Shown here piece by piece: positions 46,151-59,067 of a stretch of 64,000 nt of DNA. A model generated the notes under the pieces. It searched no databases. It was not told where the DNA came from and saw only the letters and a list, made by a program, of their open reading frames with translations. Where the stretch lies: assembly GCA_002269645.1 (NCBI GenBank), contig NIVC01000337.1, positions 682,001 to 746,000 on the forward strand, written 5' to 3'. The position numbers and the translations under genes were made by a program. The DNA is from Macrostomum lignano. Its lineage: Eukaryota. The number at the start of each line of letters is the position of its first letter. Positions within the stretch are counted from its first letter, which is position 1.

Positions 46151-47791
46151 TCAAGCCGGCCGGCCGCTGCCAGCCAGCCTGGCCGCCGCCCAGTCGGCCG
46201 CAATCAGCAGGCAGCTGGCCGCGTGCAGGCAGAAGCCAATGGCAGCCCAGAAGCGCAGCGTGTCGCCGGCCCCCAGCAGCAGGAAGCCCATGCAGGTGTA
46301 GTCGAACACGCGCATCTTGAAGAACCAGCGCGCCAAGTAGGCCACCGACTGGTTCAGCCTGGCCCGACGGAGCAGCCGGTCCAGCGCGTCCTCGGCGTAG
46401 CGGGCCAGCGGGATGGTCAGGAAGGACAGGAAGTAGCCGCCGTGGACGCCGTGCCAGTAGGCGGAGACGGCCATGGTGACGGGCAGGCGGAGCGCCCGGC
46501 CGGGCACCCGGCGGTAGACGAAGGCGGCGAGCCAGTGCTGCACAGAGCGGTTCCAGGCCTTCATGCCAGCCTGCACGGTGGGCGCGAACTCGCAGCCGGC
46601 CTCGTCGATGTTGTGCACCGACTCGTAGCTGATGTCGTCGCTTTTGTTCAAGTCGCCGGCTCCGTCAATGGCTGGACGAGACTGCCGCTGCTGCCGCTGC
46701 TCTTCCAGGACTTCAAGACGCGTTGGGCCCTTGGTGGCGACGTGCGTGAAAAGATTGCTGGGTCACTGAGTGCAACCTGCTGCCACCGCGGTCAGTAAGC
46801 AGACACTCCGGCACTGCTCAGCAGACACCCTGTCTACCATCAAGCAGACACCCTGCCTACCATAATGAGACACCCTGCCTACCATAAGGAGACACCCTGC
46901 CTACCATAAGGAGACACCCTGTCTACCATCAAGAAGACACCCTGTCCACCATCAAGCAGACACCCTGTCTACCATCAAGCAGACACCCTGTCCACCATCA
47001 AGCAGACACCCTGTCTACCATCAAGCAGACACCCTGTCTACCATCAAGCAGACACCCTGTCTACCATCAAGCAGACACCCTACCTACTATCAAGCAGACA
47101 CCCTACCTACTATCAAGCAGACACCCTGCCTGCCATCAAGCAGACACCCTACCTACTATCAAGCAGACACTCTGCCTACTATCAAGCAGACACCCTACCT
47201 ACTATCAAGCAGACACCCTGCCTATTATCAGGCAGACACCCTACCTACAGAAAACAGAGAATACCCCAACCAGCCAGTCATTCGATCAAATACTATCACC
47301 GATATGTATAGAAAAAGCAAGAGGTCTCGCTCACCTCTCCGCAGCGCGGTTCGGACGCGGCCGGATAGCCGCCCAGGCCGACGGCCATGCAGACGCACTC
47401 GGACACAACCCAGGCGAAGTACATCCGGCAGCGGAAGGTGGTGAACATGGCGAACATGAAGTAGATCCTGTAGGCCCAGCTGGAATCAACCAGCAGGTCG
47501 TCAGTCCTGGCGTAGTCAATGAAGTACCACTGCGACAAGATCAGGTAGGCTACGCCGTACAGCGGCGCGTAGGCAAGGCGCTTCCACAGGGCAGCGCCGA
47601 CGGCGGGCGGGGGCGGCGCACCGGGCGCCTGGAGCCGGTCAACCAGGTCCCGGTAGATGCTGAACCGGTAGTAGGGCCCGGTGAGCACGCCCGGGTATGC
47701 GTAGGCGTAGAGCATAATCTGGGTGGGGCAACGGGCTCGGCGATATAAGCTGGCAGGGAGTGCGTCAAACAGCAGGGCGCCAAATCCAAGC

Positions 47792-47877
<86 letters not shown>

Positions 47878-48514
47878 GGGCGCTAAATCGAGAGACAGTA
47901 GGGCTCAAATTAGGAAAAAAATTTCAGTTCCTTGAAAGTCCGGTTGGACTCCAGAAAAAAGGCGAGTTCAGTCAGTTCCCAAGGATCGAATCCCAAAGAT
48001 TTCGAGTCTGTCCAACCTGCCAGAACTTCGGCGACACCCCGGTGTAGCGCAGCTGCAGCTCCAGACTCCGCCGTTCGCCATCGTCCGTCGAGTCTCGCAG
48101 CCGCCGTTCCAACCGGCGGGTGTCGACAATTTCGAAGGCCACGCCGACCATTCGCAGCGTCATGAGCAGCTGGACAGCGTTGCTATGCGGCGAGGGCTTG
48201 GTGAATCCCAGCAGATGGCAAGTGCGGAAGAAGGCCAGGTAGCCGAAGCACCAGGCGGCGCAGAGGGCGTGGACTCGATTCCTGGGCCCGAACGAGCAGA
48301 TGGAAGCGGAGACCAGAGCGACCAGCACCGAGTGCCACATGAAGGAGCTGCAGACGGCGGCGCAGAGCAGGAAGCCGAAGGCGGACACCAGCTGCACAGC
48401 GGCTGAGGCTGGGAGGAAAGGCAGCGCTGAGCGGAGGTGGCCGCGGGCGAACACCGGCCCGACTGCCAGAGAGATAAGCAGCAGGCTGGCGTAGACCCAG
48501 TCGTCTGGTGTCAT
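46151..48514 (-). CDS. MBOAT7: Lysophospholipid acyltransferase 7 (MBOAT7), 486 aa; exons 48514-48017, 47718-47335, 46729-46151
   Basis: MTPDDWVY N-terminus, NAVQLLMTLRMVGVAFE, YAYAYPGVLTGPYYR, GEGPT, WNRSVQHWL, SAYWHGVHGGYFLSFLTIP (catalytic His) and WFFKMRVFDY. All three exons join in phase 0. Confidence 0.93.
46820..47250. repeat. 23-bp minisatellite (accatcaagcagacaccctgtct) in MBOAT7 intron 2
   Basis: Direct reading. Confidence 0.93.
47795..47873. repeat. (GA)n microsatellite in MBOAT7 intron 1
   Basis: Direct reading. Confidence 0.97.
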
Positions 48515-48584
48515 AGCGCGGCTCTGGTCCGTGCAAACTGCAATGCCGGTTATTGCGGCTTGAACTGACAAGCCTAACAGTCTT

Positions 48585-49465
48585 CACTCCTGCCCCCTCA
48601 CTCCTGCCCTCCTCACTCCTGCCCTCCTCACGCCTGCCTTCCTCACTCCTGCCTTCCTCACTCCCTGTCTTCCTCACTCCCTGCCTTCCTCACTCCTGCC
48701 CTCCTCACTCCCTGCCTTCCTCACTCCCTGTCCTCCTCACTCCTGCCCTCCTCACTCCTGCCCTCCTCACTCCTGCCCTCCTCACTCCTGCCTTCCTCAC
48801 TCCCTGCCCTCCTCACTCCTGCCCTCCTCACTCCTGCCTTCCTCACTCCCTGCCTTCCTCACTCCCTGCCCTCCTCACTCCTGCCCTCCTCACTCCTGCC
48901 TTCCTCACTCCTGCCCTCCTCACTCCCTGCCCCCTCACTCCTGCCTTCCTCACTCCTGCCCTCTTCACTCCTGCCTTCCTCACTCCTGCCTTCCTCACTC
49001 CCTGCCCTCCTCACTCCTGCCCCCCTCACTCCTGCCCTCCTCACTCCTGCCCTCCTCACGCCTGCCTTCCTCACTCCTGCCTTCCTCACTCCCTGTCTTC
49101 CTCACTCCGTGCCTTCCTCACTCCTGCCCTCCTCACTCCCTGCCTTCCTCACTCCCTGTCCTCCTCACTCCTGCCCTCCTCACTCCTGCCCTCCTCACTC
49201 CTGCCTTCCTCACTCCCTGCCCTCCTCACTCCTTTTCTCCTCACTCCTGCCTTCCTCACTCCCTGCCTTCCTCACTCCCTGCCCTCCTCACTCCCTGCCC
49301 CCTCACTCCTGCCTTCCTCACTCCTGCCCTCTTCACTCCTGCCTTCCTCACTCCTGCCTTCCTCACTCCCTGCCCTCCTCACTCCTGCCCCCCTCCTGCC
49401 CCTTACTCCTGTCCTCCTCACTTCTGCCCCTTTTACTCCTGCCCTCCTCACTCCTGCCCCTCCCT
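48585..49465. repeat. 15/16-bp pyrimidine-rich minisatellite (ctcctcactcctgcc) between COPS4 and MBOAT7
   Basis: Direct reading. Confidence 0.95.
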
Positions 49466-49779
49466 GACTCAGCTCACTTCCCTGAGCCCCTGTCCCCAGC
49501 AGAACCCAGCATCAACACAAGCTCATCTGAGCAGTCTATATGTTACATGTTACATGACTTAATTGAAAAGACAAAGAAGAAGTTTATTAACTGGCATGCT
49601 TCTGCATGATATTTAAATAGCAAACTGAATTAAGGGAGGCAAAACTGACTGCCAACTTTGTTTATTGACAGCGCAATGAAGAGTATAACTATTCCTATAT
49701 TTCAACTGAACACTCCATAATACAGAACACTATATATCAGGCGGGGACAAAATGCCAAGTCTTAGGGCCAGGCACGCAA

Positions 49780-52651
49780 TCAGACATTGGCCTGGCAGGC
49801 GGCCTGGTACCAGTCCGGGTGCAGGCCGGCCACCCGCTCGCAGACGGAGTTGACCTGCTCGCACAGGTCCCGGATGCGGCAGTCCCACAGGCTCATCGGG
49901 TGGCGCTCCTCGAACTGCACAAAGCCGCGAATCTGATCGATGCAGCCGACAAGCCGCTGTTCGGCGATCATCCGGGCGGCCATTTGCTCCGCCCGCTCCG
50001 GCTGCACCTCCAGCAGCTGGCCCAGGTAGGCCAGGCTGATGTTGTTATACAGCCGGCTGACCGCCAGCAGGTTGTGCTCGGCAACCGCCGCCTCCAGGGT
50101 TGTGAGGCCGTCCGAGTTCGGGCTGGCCTGGCGCTGGTGCGGCTGCAGGCTGGCCGAGAATTCCAGCAGCTCGTCGCGGCGGACGAGGCGCTCCTGGTAG
50201 TGTGGAGTGGGGCGAGAGACTGCCATGCCTTTGGCTGCCGCTAAACTGCTGGCTCAAGACTGCAGGGGCGGGGACTCAAAGCATTTATCAATAAAGAGCG
50301 AAGACTCAAAGCTAATTAAAGAGCGGTGACTCAAAGCTAATTAAAGAGCGGTGACTCATGACTAATTAAAGAGCGGTGACTCATGGCTAATTAAAGAGCG
50401 GTGACTCATGGCTAATTAAAGAGCGGTGACTCATGGCTAATTAAAGAGCGTTGACTCGTGGCTAATTGAAGAGCGGTGACTCATGGCTAATTAAAGAGCG
50501 GTGACTCATGGCTAATTAAAGAGCGGTGACTCATGGCTAATTAAAGAGCGTTGACTCATGACTAATTGAAGAGCGGTGACTCAAAGCTAATTAAAGAGCG
50601 ATGACTCATGGCTAATTAAAGAGCGGTGACTCAAAGCTAATTAAAGAGCGGTGACTCATGGCTAATTAAAGAGCGGTGACTCATGGCTAATTAAAGAGCG
50701 GTGACTCATGGCTAATTAAAGAGCGTTGACTCAAAGCTAATAAAGAGCGGTGACTCATGGCTAATTAAAGAGCGTTGACTCATGACTAATTGAAGAGCGG
50801 TGACTCAAAGCTAATTAAAGAGCGATGACTCATGGCTAATTAAAGAGCGGTGACTCAAAGCTAATTAAAGAGCGGTGACTCATGGCTAATTAAAGAGCGG
50901 TGACTCATGGCTAATTAAAGAGCGGTGACTCATGGCTAATTAAAGAGCGGTGACTCATGGCTAATTAAAGAGCGTTGACTCAAAGCTAATAAAGAGCGGT
51001 GACTCATGGCTAATTAAAGAGCGTTGACTCATGACTAATTGAAGAGCGGTGACGCACCCGGAAGAGTTTCTCCACAAGGCCGCGCCAGGCCAGCCGCTGC
51101 GAGCGCTCGTCTTTGTACAGCCTGGCCAGCATGGCCGACCGCTGTGAGGACGCCGGGCACAGCACGGTGCACACGGTGGCGGCTTCCAAGTGCTGCATCT
51201 GGTGCTCAGTCTCGCCAGCCTGCAGCGACAGCTCTATGTAGCGCATAGCGGCCTCGTAGAATTTGCCTTTTAAATCAAGGACTCTGGCGTAGTACACCTG
51301 ACAGGTAGGTTTAATCAAATGGGTCTGACAGTTATCGGATGATGCAGGTTTTCTCGTGATAGCCGTGTGCTCTAAATAGCAACACACCTGAGCCGCAGGT
51401 GTGCAGCTAAAAGCATTGAGCAGTTTGTGCTGGAACTGTGGCGGGTTCACAGCTCAGAGCTGCTATGTACCTATATAGCTGCGTACTAACCGCGGCTAAC
51501 TCTGCTTAACTCGCGTCTACATAGCAACTAACCTTGTACTGCTGCAGGTGCGGCGGGTCCTTGGCGGCCAGCTGGCAGCGACTCAGCGCCTGTTCGGCCT
51601 TGTCGGCGTCCTTCTCGCGCAGGTAGAGCTCCACAGTCTTCAGCAGGACGCGGGCTTTCTCGTCCCGGCTGCCATCGGGGCGGAGTGGAAGGGAATTTGG
51701 TTACCGTGGATCTGGAGGCAGGGCGGAGACCCAGGCTGAGGATTCGGGAGGGTTGGAGGGGGCGGAGACCCAAGCTGAGGATCCAGGAGAGTTGGAGCTG
51801 AAGGGGCGAAGACCCAGACGGAGGCTCCGGAGGGAGGGCTAGAGGAGGGGCGGAGACCCAAGCTGAGGATCCGGAGGGAGGGCTGGAGGAGGGGCGGAGA
51901 CCCAAGCTGAGGATCCGGAGGGAGGGCTGGAGGAGGGGCGGAGACCCAAGCTGAGGATCCGGAGGGAGGGCTGTAGGAGGGGCGGAGACCCAAGCTGAGG
52001 ATCCGGAGGGAGGGCTGGAGGAGGGGCGGAGACCCAAGCTGAGGATCCGGAGGGAGGGCTGTAGGAGGGGCGGAGACCCAAGCTGAGGATCCGGAGGGAG
52101 GGCTGGAGGAGGGGCGGAGACCCAAGCTGAAGATCCGGAGGGAGGGCTGTAGGAGGGGCGGAGACCCAAGCTGAGGATCTGAGTATAGGCCTGTATTATC
52201 CCATGACGGCTGCAAGGCATGCTTACCTGAACTGCTTCTGCACGGACTCCATATCGATGGCTGCAAGCGCCTCGGCGGCCTGCAGGTAGCGGCCCTGCGC
52301 CTCCAGGCCGCGAGCCAGCAGCTGGCGGACACCCACAATCTGGTCCTCGAACGAGATGGCCCGATTCTGCAGGCAGGCCAGCATGACTTGGCAGGTCTCC
52401 AAACCGACCTGGGCGCTGGACTCAATCCGGCTGCTCAGCAACTCGACCAGGTCGGCCACCACCTGTCTGGACACGGCCAGGCCAACCGACTCATCCAGTA
52501 GGAAGTTGAGAAACAGCTGCAGTTGCTGCTTAGCGGCGTTCAAATCCTGGTTGAGGATGGTTTTGAGCAGCAGCTCGTATTTGTGCACCGCCACGGAGGC
52601 GTTGTCTATGGCGCTGATGCGGCGAAGCTCTTCTTCTAGCTGAGCGCTCAT
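49780..52651 (-). CDS. COPS4: COP9 signalosome subunit 4, 404 aa; exons 52651-52227, 51668-51533, 51297-51058, 50193-49780
   Basis: VSRQ, NRAISFEDQIVGVRQLLA, YYARVLD, RSAMLARLYKDERSQ, and a PCI domain AVAEHNLLAVSRLYNNIS...IDQIRGFVQFE, ending WDCRIRDLCEQVN. Phases 2,0,0 are consistent. An alternative in-frame ATG lies at 52666. Minus-strand AATAAA at 49661-49666. Confidence 0.93.
50300..51055. repeat. 25-bp minisatellite (gagcggtgactcatggctaattaaa) in COPS4 intron 3
   Basis: About 30 copies. Confidence 0.96.
51715..52185. repeat. 44-bp minisatellite (gctgaggatccggagggagggctggaggaggggcggagacccaa) in COPS4 intron 1
   Basis: Direct reading. Confidence 0.95.
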
Positions 52652-52714
52652 TGGCCCGCCGAGCATGCAGGAGAGGAGGGGTGGGTGCGCGCCGGCTTGG
52701 AATAGGCTGGTCTG

Positions 52715-52935
52715 CTGGATGTACATTCAATGGATAGATGTACATTCAATGGATGGATTTACATTCAATAGATGGATGTACATTCAATGGATGGATGTAC
52801 ATTCAATGAATGGATGTACATTCAATGAATGGATGTACATTCAATAGATGGATGTACATTCAATGGATGGATGTACATTCAATGAATGGATGTACATTCA
52901 ATGGGTGGATGCACATTCAATTGATGGATGTATAC
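52715..52935. repeat. 19-bp minisatellite (tggatgtacattcaatgga) upstream of COPS4
   Basis: Direct reading. Confidence 0.92.
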
Positions 52936-54159
52936 AGGCCTAGACTATGGAATTCCTGCGTTTAACTTGGACTTGAAACCGAGAGCCTGTGCTAGGAAAC
53001 TAAGATGAGGAGTCAAGAGTCAGGAGACTCCTACCTCCTTAAGAGTAACTCTAGGAGTGTCGCAGGGTTTCTCTCCTCCTAGCTACTGATATCAAGAGAT
53101 CCAGAAATTAACTCTTAAATCAATTACAGGGTCGATTGGGCGCCCCTTTCTTATTGGGCGCCCTGTAGGGGGGCTGCACTAGATTGCTAGTCAAATCTAA
53201 ATGCTGCTTCCTCCTCATAAATACTTCCCTAGATACCGCAGCTCAAATACAATAAAAGTACATTAATACATCGAACTCTTTCTGACAAGAAGCTTCGTGC
53301 TTGTAAAATACATGGACTTTCACCTTTTAAAGATTGCGCAACACGCCTAGACGACAGTCCTAAGCTGCACATTGACTCTTTTGACGCCCAAGTTTCACAG
53401 CACGTTGAGAATAATTCCTAGTCGATAATTCTATAGAACTAATTGCTGCTAGTCTAAGAGCTAAGCCTTGCAATTGATTTAGACGCATTTTATGGCGGCT
53501 TCTTTTGTGCTATCTAATCTTATCTCTCTCCCTCAGTTCTTATCTTATCACATCGGATAATTATAATTAGCACACAAACTAACGCAGTGAAATTTCAATA
53601 AAAAATCTAAATGTATTTTACTTTGTTTTATTAATTTAACTTAGCCACTTGGACAGCGGGAGTGGCCGAAAATCAGAATGGTAAAAAATGACAATTCCAA
53701 CAAGCAGCGGCTGCACAAGGATTGACAATTCGCTAACAAAGATTGGTCAAAACAACTAACAGAAGGCATTGTTGAGCAATACTAATAACAATACTATCCA
53801 CTGACTACAGGTAGTACAGATTCGCATACAGTAAGGACAAATTGCATTCTCACGCACACGAGGATTGTCCAAATGAGGCGACTGTGATTTATAATAAATC
53901 ATAGTTTAGCATATTGCGTTAATAAACTTCTAAGCGGTAGATGGGTTAGAAATCCTACTAAGTATTGATTAGAATGCTGTCAATTCGAGTCAGAATCAGC
54001 TGCTCACTTGAACTACGAGTAGCATGCATGGCGTTTAGTCTAATGTATCTAATGTACACGTACTGCTTGCGGCACAGAATCATAACTCTATCTGCCATTA
54101 GGCAGTAAGACTGCAATATCGCAGTGCGGTAAATCAGCTTGTTGGTCTGAAGGCTGGCA

Positions 54160-54475
54160 AACTGAGGATCTGGGAGGCTGGCAATGGCCCAGCAACTGAG
54201 GATGCAAGAAGCTGGCAATGGCCCAGCAACTGAGGGTCTGAGATGTTGGCCCAGCAACTGAGGGTCTGAGATGTTGGCCCAGCAACTGAGGATGCAAGAA
54301 GCTGGCAATGGCCCAGAAAGTGAGGATCTGGGAGGCTGGCGGTGGCCCAGCAACTGAGGATCTGGGAGGCTGGTGGTGGCCCAGCAACTGAGGATCTGGA
54401 AGGCTGGCAGTGTCCCAGCAACTAAGGATCTGGGAGGCTGGCAGTGACCCAGCAACTGAGGATCTGGGAGTTAGA
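54160..54475. repeat. ~33-bp minisatellite (ggcccagcaactgaggatctgggaggctggcaat)
   Basis: Diverged tandem copies downstream of TMX2. Confidence 0.88.
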
Positions 54476-54754
54476 AATTGCACAGACTATGCTATGCAAG
54501 CTAGTTTTAATTGACTGGTGCTAAGTCAGACGCAAAAAGGTGGCAGAAGCGAGGCAAAACCTAAGGCGGAGGATAAATTCTTAATAATTTTATGAACTCA
54601 TCCAACTGATTCAAGCAGTTCGAGTCTCGCTGAATGCACAGCAGATAAAAAGGCTAAGAGAATTAATGAAATGCGCAAATTATTTTGCTAACAGAATCCT
54701 GGCACAGCTCCAGCTCAATCGCCAGGTTGAAGGCCATAGCAACTAGTCGAGTCT

Positions 54755-55268
54755 TCAGTCGGTCTTCTTAGCGGCCCCGGGTCGCAGCGGGTTCTTCGTG
54801 CACTCGTTATACAGCTCGGCCAGCCCGAAGGCCGACACGAGATTGTCGTAGCTGAACACGAACCTGGCCACGCGCTTCTTGGCGCCCACAAGCGGCCGCC
54901 TGTCCACCTCCTTGTTGGCTTTGAACAGCGCCACGGTGGGCAGCTGGCGGCTCCAGCCGCTCTGGTCGATGCCGTACTTTTCAGCCACTTTCGGGTACTT
55001 GGTGACGTCCAGTTTGCCAAAGCGCAGATTGTCCAGCCCGTAGTCATTTGACAGGCGGGCGAACACCGGGGCGAGGTCGGCGCACGGCGGCGACCACACG
55101 GCGTAGAACTCAATCAGCCAGTAGACCCGGGGGTCGCAGGATTTCAGCTCCTCTTCAAGGGTTTTGTCGTTGAAATACACGATGGTGTCGGGGCCGCGGT
55201 ACACCGGCTGGCGAAGGAGCGAAGCCTGAGAATCCGAGAAGCAGGGGATGGGCAGTTGACTCGCAGCC

Positions 55269-55305
<37 letters not shown>

Positions 55306-55476
55306 GCCTTAGTGTCTGTCTGTATATCTGTCTGTCTGCCTTAGTGTCTGTCTGTCTGTCTGTCTTAGTGTCTGTCTGTCTGCCTTAGTGTCTGTCTGTC
55401 TGTCTTAGTGTCTGTCTTTCTGTCTGTCTGTCAGCCATAGTGTCTGTCTGCCTGTTATCCTTAGTGTTTGCCTTAG

Positions 55477-55509
<33 letters not shown>

Positions 55510-56513
55510 GCCTTAGTGTCTGTCTGTATATCTGTCTGTCTGCCTTAGTGTCTGTCTTTCTGTCTGTCTGTCAGCCTTAGTGTCTGTCTGCCTGTCATCC
55601 TTAGTGTCTGTCTGTCTGTCTTAGTGTCTGTCTCTCTGTCTGTCTGTCAGCCTTAGTGTCTGTCTGTCTGTCTGTCTGTGTGCCTTAGTGTCTGTCTGTC
55701 TGTCTTTCTGTCTGTCTGTCAGCCTTAGTGTCTGCCTTAGTGTCTGTCTTTCTGTCTGTCTGTCAGCCTTAGTGTCTGCCTTAGTGTCTGTCTTTCTGTC
55801 TGTCTGTCAGCCTTAGTGTCTGTCTTTCTGTCTGTCTGTCTGCCTTAGTGTCTGTCTGTCTGTCATCCTTAGTGTTTGCCTTAGTGTCTGTCTGTCTGTC
55901 TGTCTGTCAGCCTTAGTGTCTGCCTTAGTGTCTGTCTTTCTGTCTGTCTGTCAGCCTTAGTGTCTGCCTTAGTGTCTGTCTTTCTGTCTGTCTGTCAGCC
56001 TTAGTGTCTGTCTTTCTGTCTGTCTGTCTGCCTTAGTGTCTGTCTGTCTGTCATCCTTAGTGTTTGCCTTAGTGTCTGTCTGTCTGTCTGTCTGTCATTC
56101 TTAGTGTTTGCCTTAGCGTCTGTCTGTCTGTCTTTCTGCCTGTCTTAAAGAGATTAAACACTAACCTGCACAAGCCAGACGATGGCATAAGCGACAGCGT
56201 AAACCGGGTTCTCCTGGAAGAACATCACCATATTGGACATCTTGGCGTACATACAGAAGTTGGTGAGATAGCTGGCCACCGTGGGCTGGCGCTTGTTTTT
56301 AAAGACAATAACGCAGCCAAGAAAGGTGAAGATCTCCCACTGGCGCAGCTCGAGCAGGCAGTTATCGAACAGAAAGTCGCATACCGGAGGCAGCGTTTTG
56401 GTTATGATGAAAGCGCCAGCCATTAGGAAGTTGGCCAGGAAGTAGGGATGCATCAGGGTCAGGGCCTGGTCCACAGCGGACTGGCTGACCAGAGATCTCA
56501 GGCTTGGCAGCGC
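54755..56513 (-). CDS. TMX2: Thioredoxin-related transmembrane protein 2; exons 56513-56166 and 55225-54755; initiator ATG not encoded at the exon start
   Basis: HPYFLAN...LPPVC...[17 protein letters not shown]...YAKMSN; [19 protein letters not shown]...[13 protein letters not shown] (the SxxC motif of TMX2)...LRFGKLDV...[10 protein letters not shown]. The exons join in phase 0. Confidence 0.93.
55268..56140. repeat. (TGTC)n microsatellite interrupted by ccttag motifs, filling the TMX2 intron
   Basis: Direct reading. Confidence 0.95.
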
Positions 56514-56530
56514 CTAGAATATTGTTAGCA
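56514..56530 (-). promoter_or_regulatory. 3' splice acceptor (aatattctag) in front of the TMX2 coding exon; candidate trans-splice site
   Basis: The acceptor's TAG is an in-frame stop, and it is followed directly by the open TMX2 frame ([25 protein letters not shown]). Confidence 0.55.
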
Positions 56531-56569
56531 AAACAGAAGCTTTAAGCTTTATAAAATAAAATTAGTTTA

Positions 56570-57315
56570 GGCAGCGGATGGGGTGGTGGCTGATGCGTAG
56601 ATTCCGGCAGGCGGTAGATGGGGTGGTGGCTGATGTGTACATTGGGACAGGCGATAGATGGGGTGGTGGCTGATGTGTACACTAGGGGAGGCGGTAAATG
56701 GGGTGGTGGCTGATATGTACATTGGGGCAGGCGGTAGATGGGGTGGTGGCTGATGCGTACATTAAGGCAGGCGATAGATGGGGTGGTGGCTGATGCGCAC
56801 ATTAGGGCAGGCGATAGATGGGGTGGTGGCTGATGTGTACATTAGGGCAGGCGGTGGATGGGGTGGTGGCTGATGCGCACATTAGGGCAGGCGATAGATG
56901 GGGTGGTGGCTGATGTGCACATTAGGGCAGGCGGTGGATGGGCTGGTGGCTGATGTGCACATTAGGGCAGGCGGTGGATGGGGTGGTGGCTGATGTGTAC
57001 ATTAGGGCAGGCGATAGATGGGGTGGTGGCTGATGCGCACATTAGGGCAGGCGATAGATGGGGTGGTGGCTGATGTGTACATTAGGGCAGGCGGTGGATA
57101 GGCTGGTGGCTGATGTGCACATTAGGGCAGGCGGTGGATGGGGTGGTGGCTGATGTGCACATTAGGGCAGGCGGTGGATGGGCTGGTGGCTGATGTGCAC
57201 ATTAGGGCAGGCGGTGGATGGGGTGGTGGCTGATGTGTACATTAGGGCAGGCGGTGGATGGGGTGGTGGCTGATGCGTACATTAGGGCAGGCGGTGGATG
57301 GGGTGGTGGCTGATG
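56570..57315. repeat. 40-bp G-rich minisatellite (gggcaggcggtggatggggtggtggctgatgtgcacatta)
   Basis: Direct reading. Confidence 0.96.
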
Positions 57316-59067
57316 AATTTGTATATATTAGTAAATATTCAAAAAAACAAATCAACCATGCCATCGATTTGGTTATGCATATAAAGACGTATGTATTTTC
57401 CATTTGATTGTAATGCATGGAAAAATTACATTGGGAAATTGAACAGAAAAACTTCAGAAACTTAGTTCGATCGACGCTAAACTTTAACAAATTTGGGAAA
57501 TTATCACACAAACACATTAGATACGAGCTCACACCCTACACATGCAGACAAAAAAGCTTTGCTTTAAGTTATACATAAGATGAATCAAGGATCTGCAAAC
57601 TCAAATACATGCAGAGTCCTTACCGAACGGACAGAACTGTCGGGGGTATTTATGGGAGATGAATTGCAACATCAACATCAGCGAATATGATGCAGATCTG
57701 GGATTAACAGGGGCGCGGCTTTGGAGATTAGGCTTACAAATTCAGCAAATGACTATGCGAAAGCATGAAACAAGCAAGACAAGGCACCCAGTCTCTGCTG
57801 TATGAAATTCAACAACAGAAATCAATGGGAGCCATCAGTAATTGGATCCAACAGGCAATAGCGACACACGGGCCACAGTAGCACAGAGAGAATGTGACTT
57901 GATCTGTGTACTCATTACAGAGGTGTGGTTAGTGTTGTGTCATTGCGGTTAATAAATAAGCAACAGTTAGCTGGGGCATGGCAGACTTACAGGTGACCTA
58001 TGCATGCACGTAGATATGGTACGTCCGTATGCAGGATTCGGGACAATTAAAGCAGCAATACCAGCTATTATAAACTATAGTTTCTAGGCGGGCGAATTGA
58101 TCAAAATCAGTTATAACAAATTATGTGATAAAGCAGATTTTTTTGAAAATCTTTCTCAACTTCCAGACATCCGAGTGGAAAAATGTTGCAAAAATGTACA
58201 GCCAGGGAACACTGGAGATACACGAACAGTGCGGGGGGGGCATTGCGTAAGGCCGATAGATCTGGGCCGGTTGCTAGGATATTCCTATAGCGAACACGAG
58301 TGTTCTGTAAAAAACTTTAATAGCAGATAAATCAATTATAAATATAAGCAGAGAGACAGGAAAGACTAAAAGTTCGCGGTTGAATATGTAGAGGGCCGGG
58401 GCACAGAGCCAGGACGTTGCATTCCTTCGCAAATTTAATTTGATTATTAAATATTCAAATATTATCAATCAGCTTGAGTACACCGCAGGACAGGCGGCAG
58501 ACAGCACACAAGTAAGTAGTGTAACAATATGAAGCAAACAATGGAGAGGACAGCAAGCACGGTGAGAACTAATCTAATAACCTACGACATGAGCATACCT
58601 GCATAATGAATCTAATATTATTATATATAGTAAATAATACTATTATAATGGATCGGTGCGCAGCTGACGGCCGGCGCAACACGGTGATTAAATCAAAGTA
58701 ACCTTGCAGATCGAGAGTACAAATTAGGGGCATTATAAGCAAGTAAAACAAACAAACAAATAAGCAGAAATTTGAAAAAAATCAATGCACAAAATTAAAT
58801 TAACAGAAAGAGACAGAAACATTGCAACAACAAAATGGTTGGAGGGACCGACGCCTCGCTCTTATATAAATAAATAAATTTGTGTGTTTTTTCATTTTGT
58901 TAACTTGAAAATGTTTGAAAATTGCTTTTTTTCTTCTTCTTCGGGCAAAAATATGAAACTCTGCTTGTTAATTCTCTGTCCAGCTAAAGCAGCCGCTCTT
59001 TACTCAGCTGTGTTGCAGTCTGTTGTGTTGTGAAAGCGCCAGACAGATAAGATTAGAGCCAGCCAGC

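Noticed and set aside
52936-53150. Possible MITE or Helitron end (gggcgccc repeats, terminal ctag)
   Set aside because: No matching opposite terminus or TSD could be identified.
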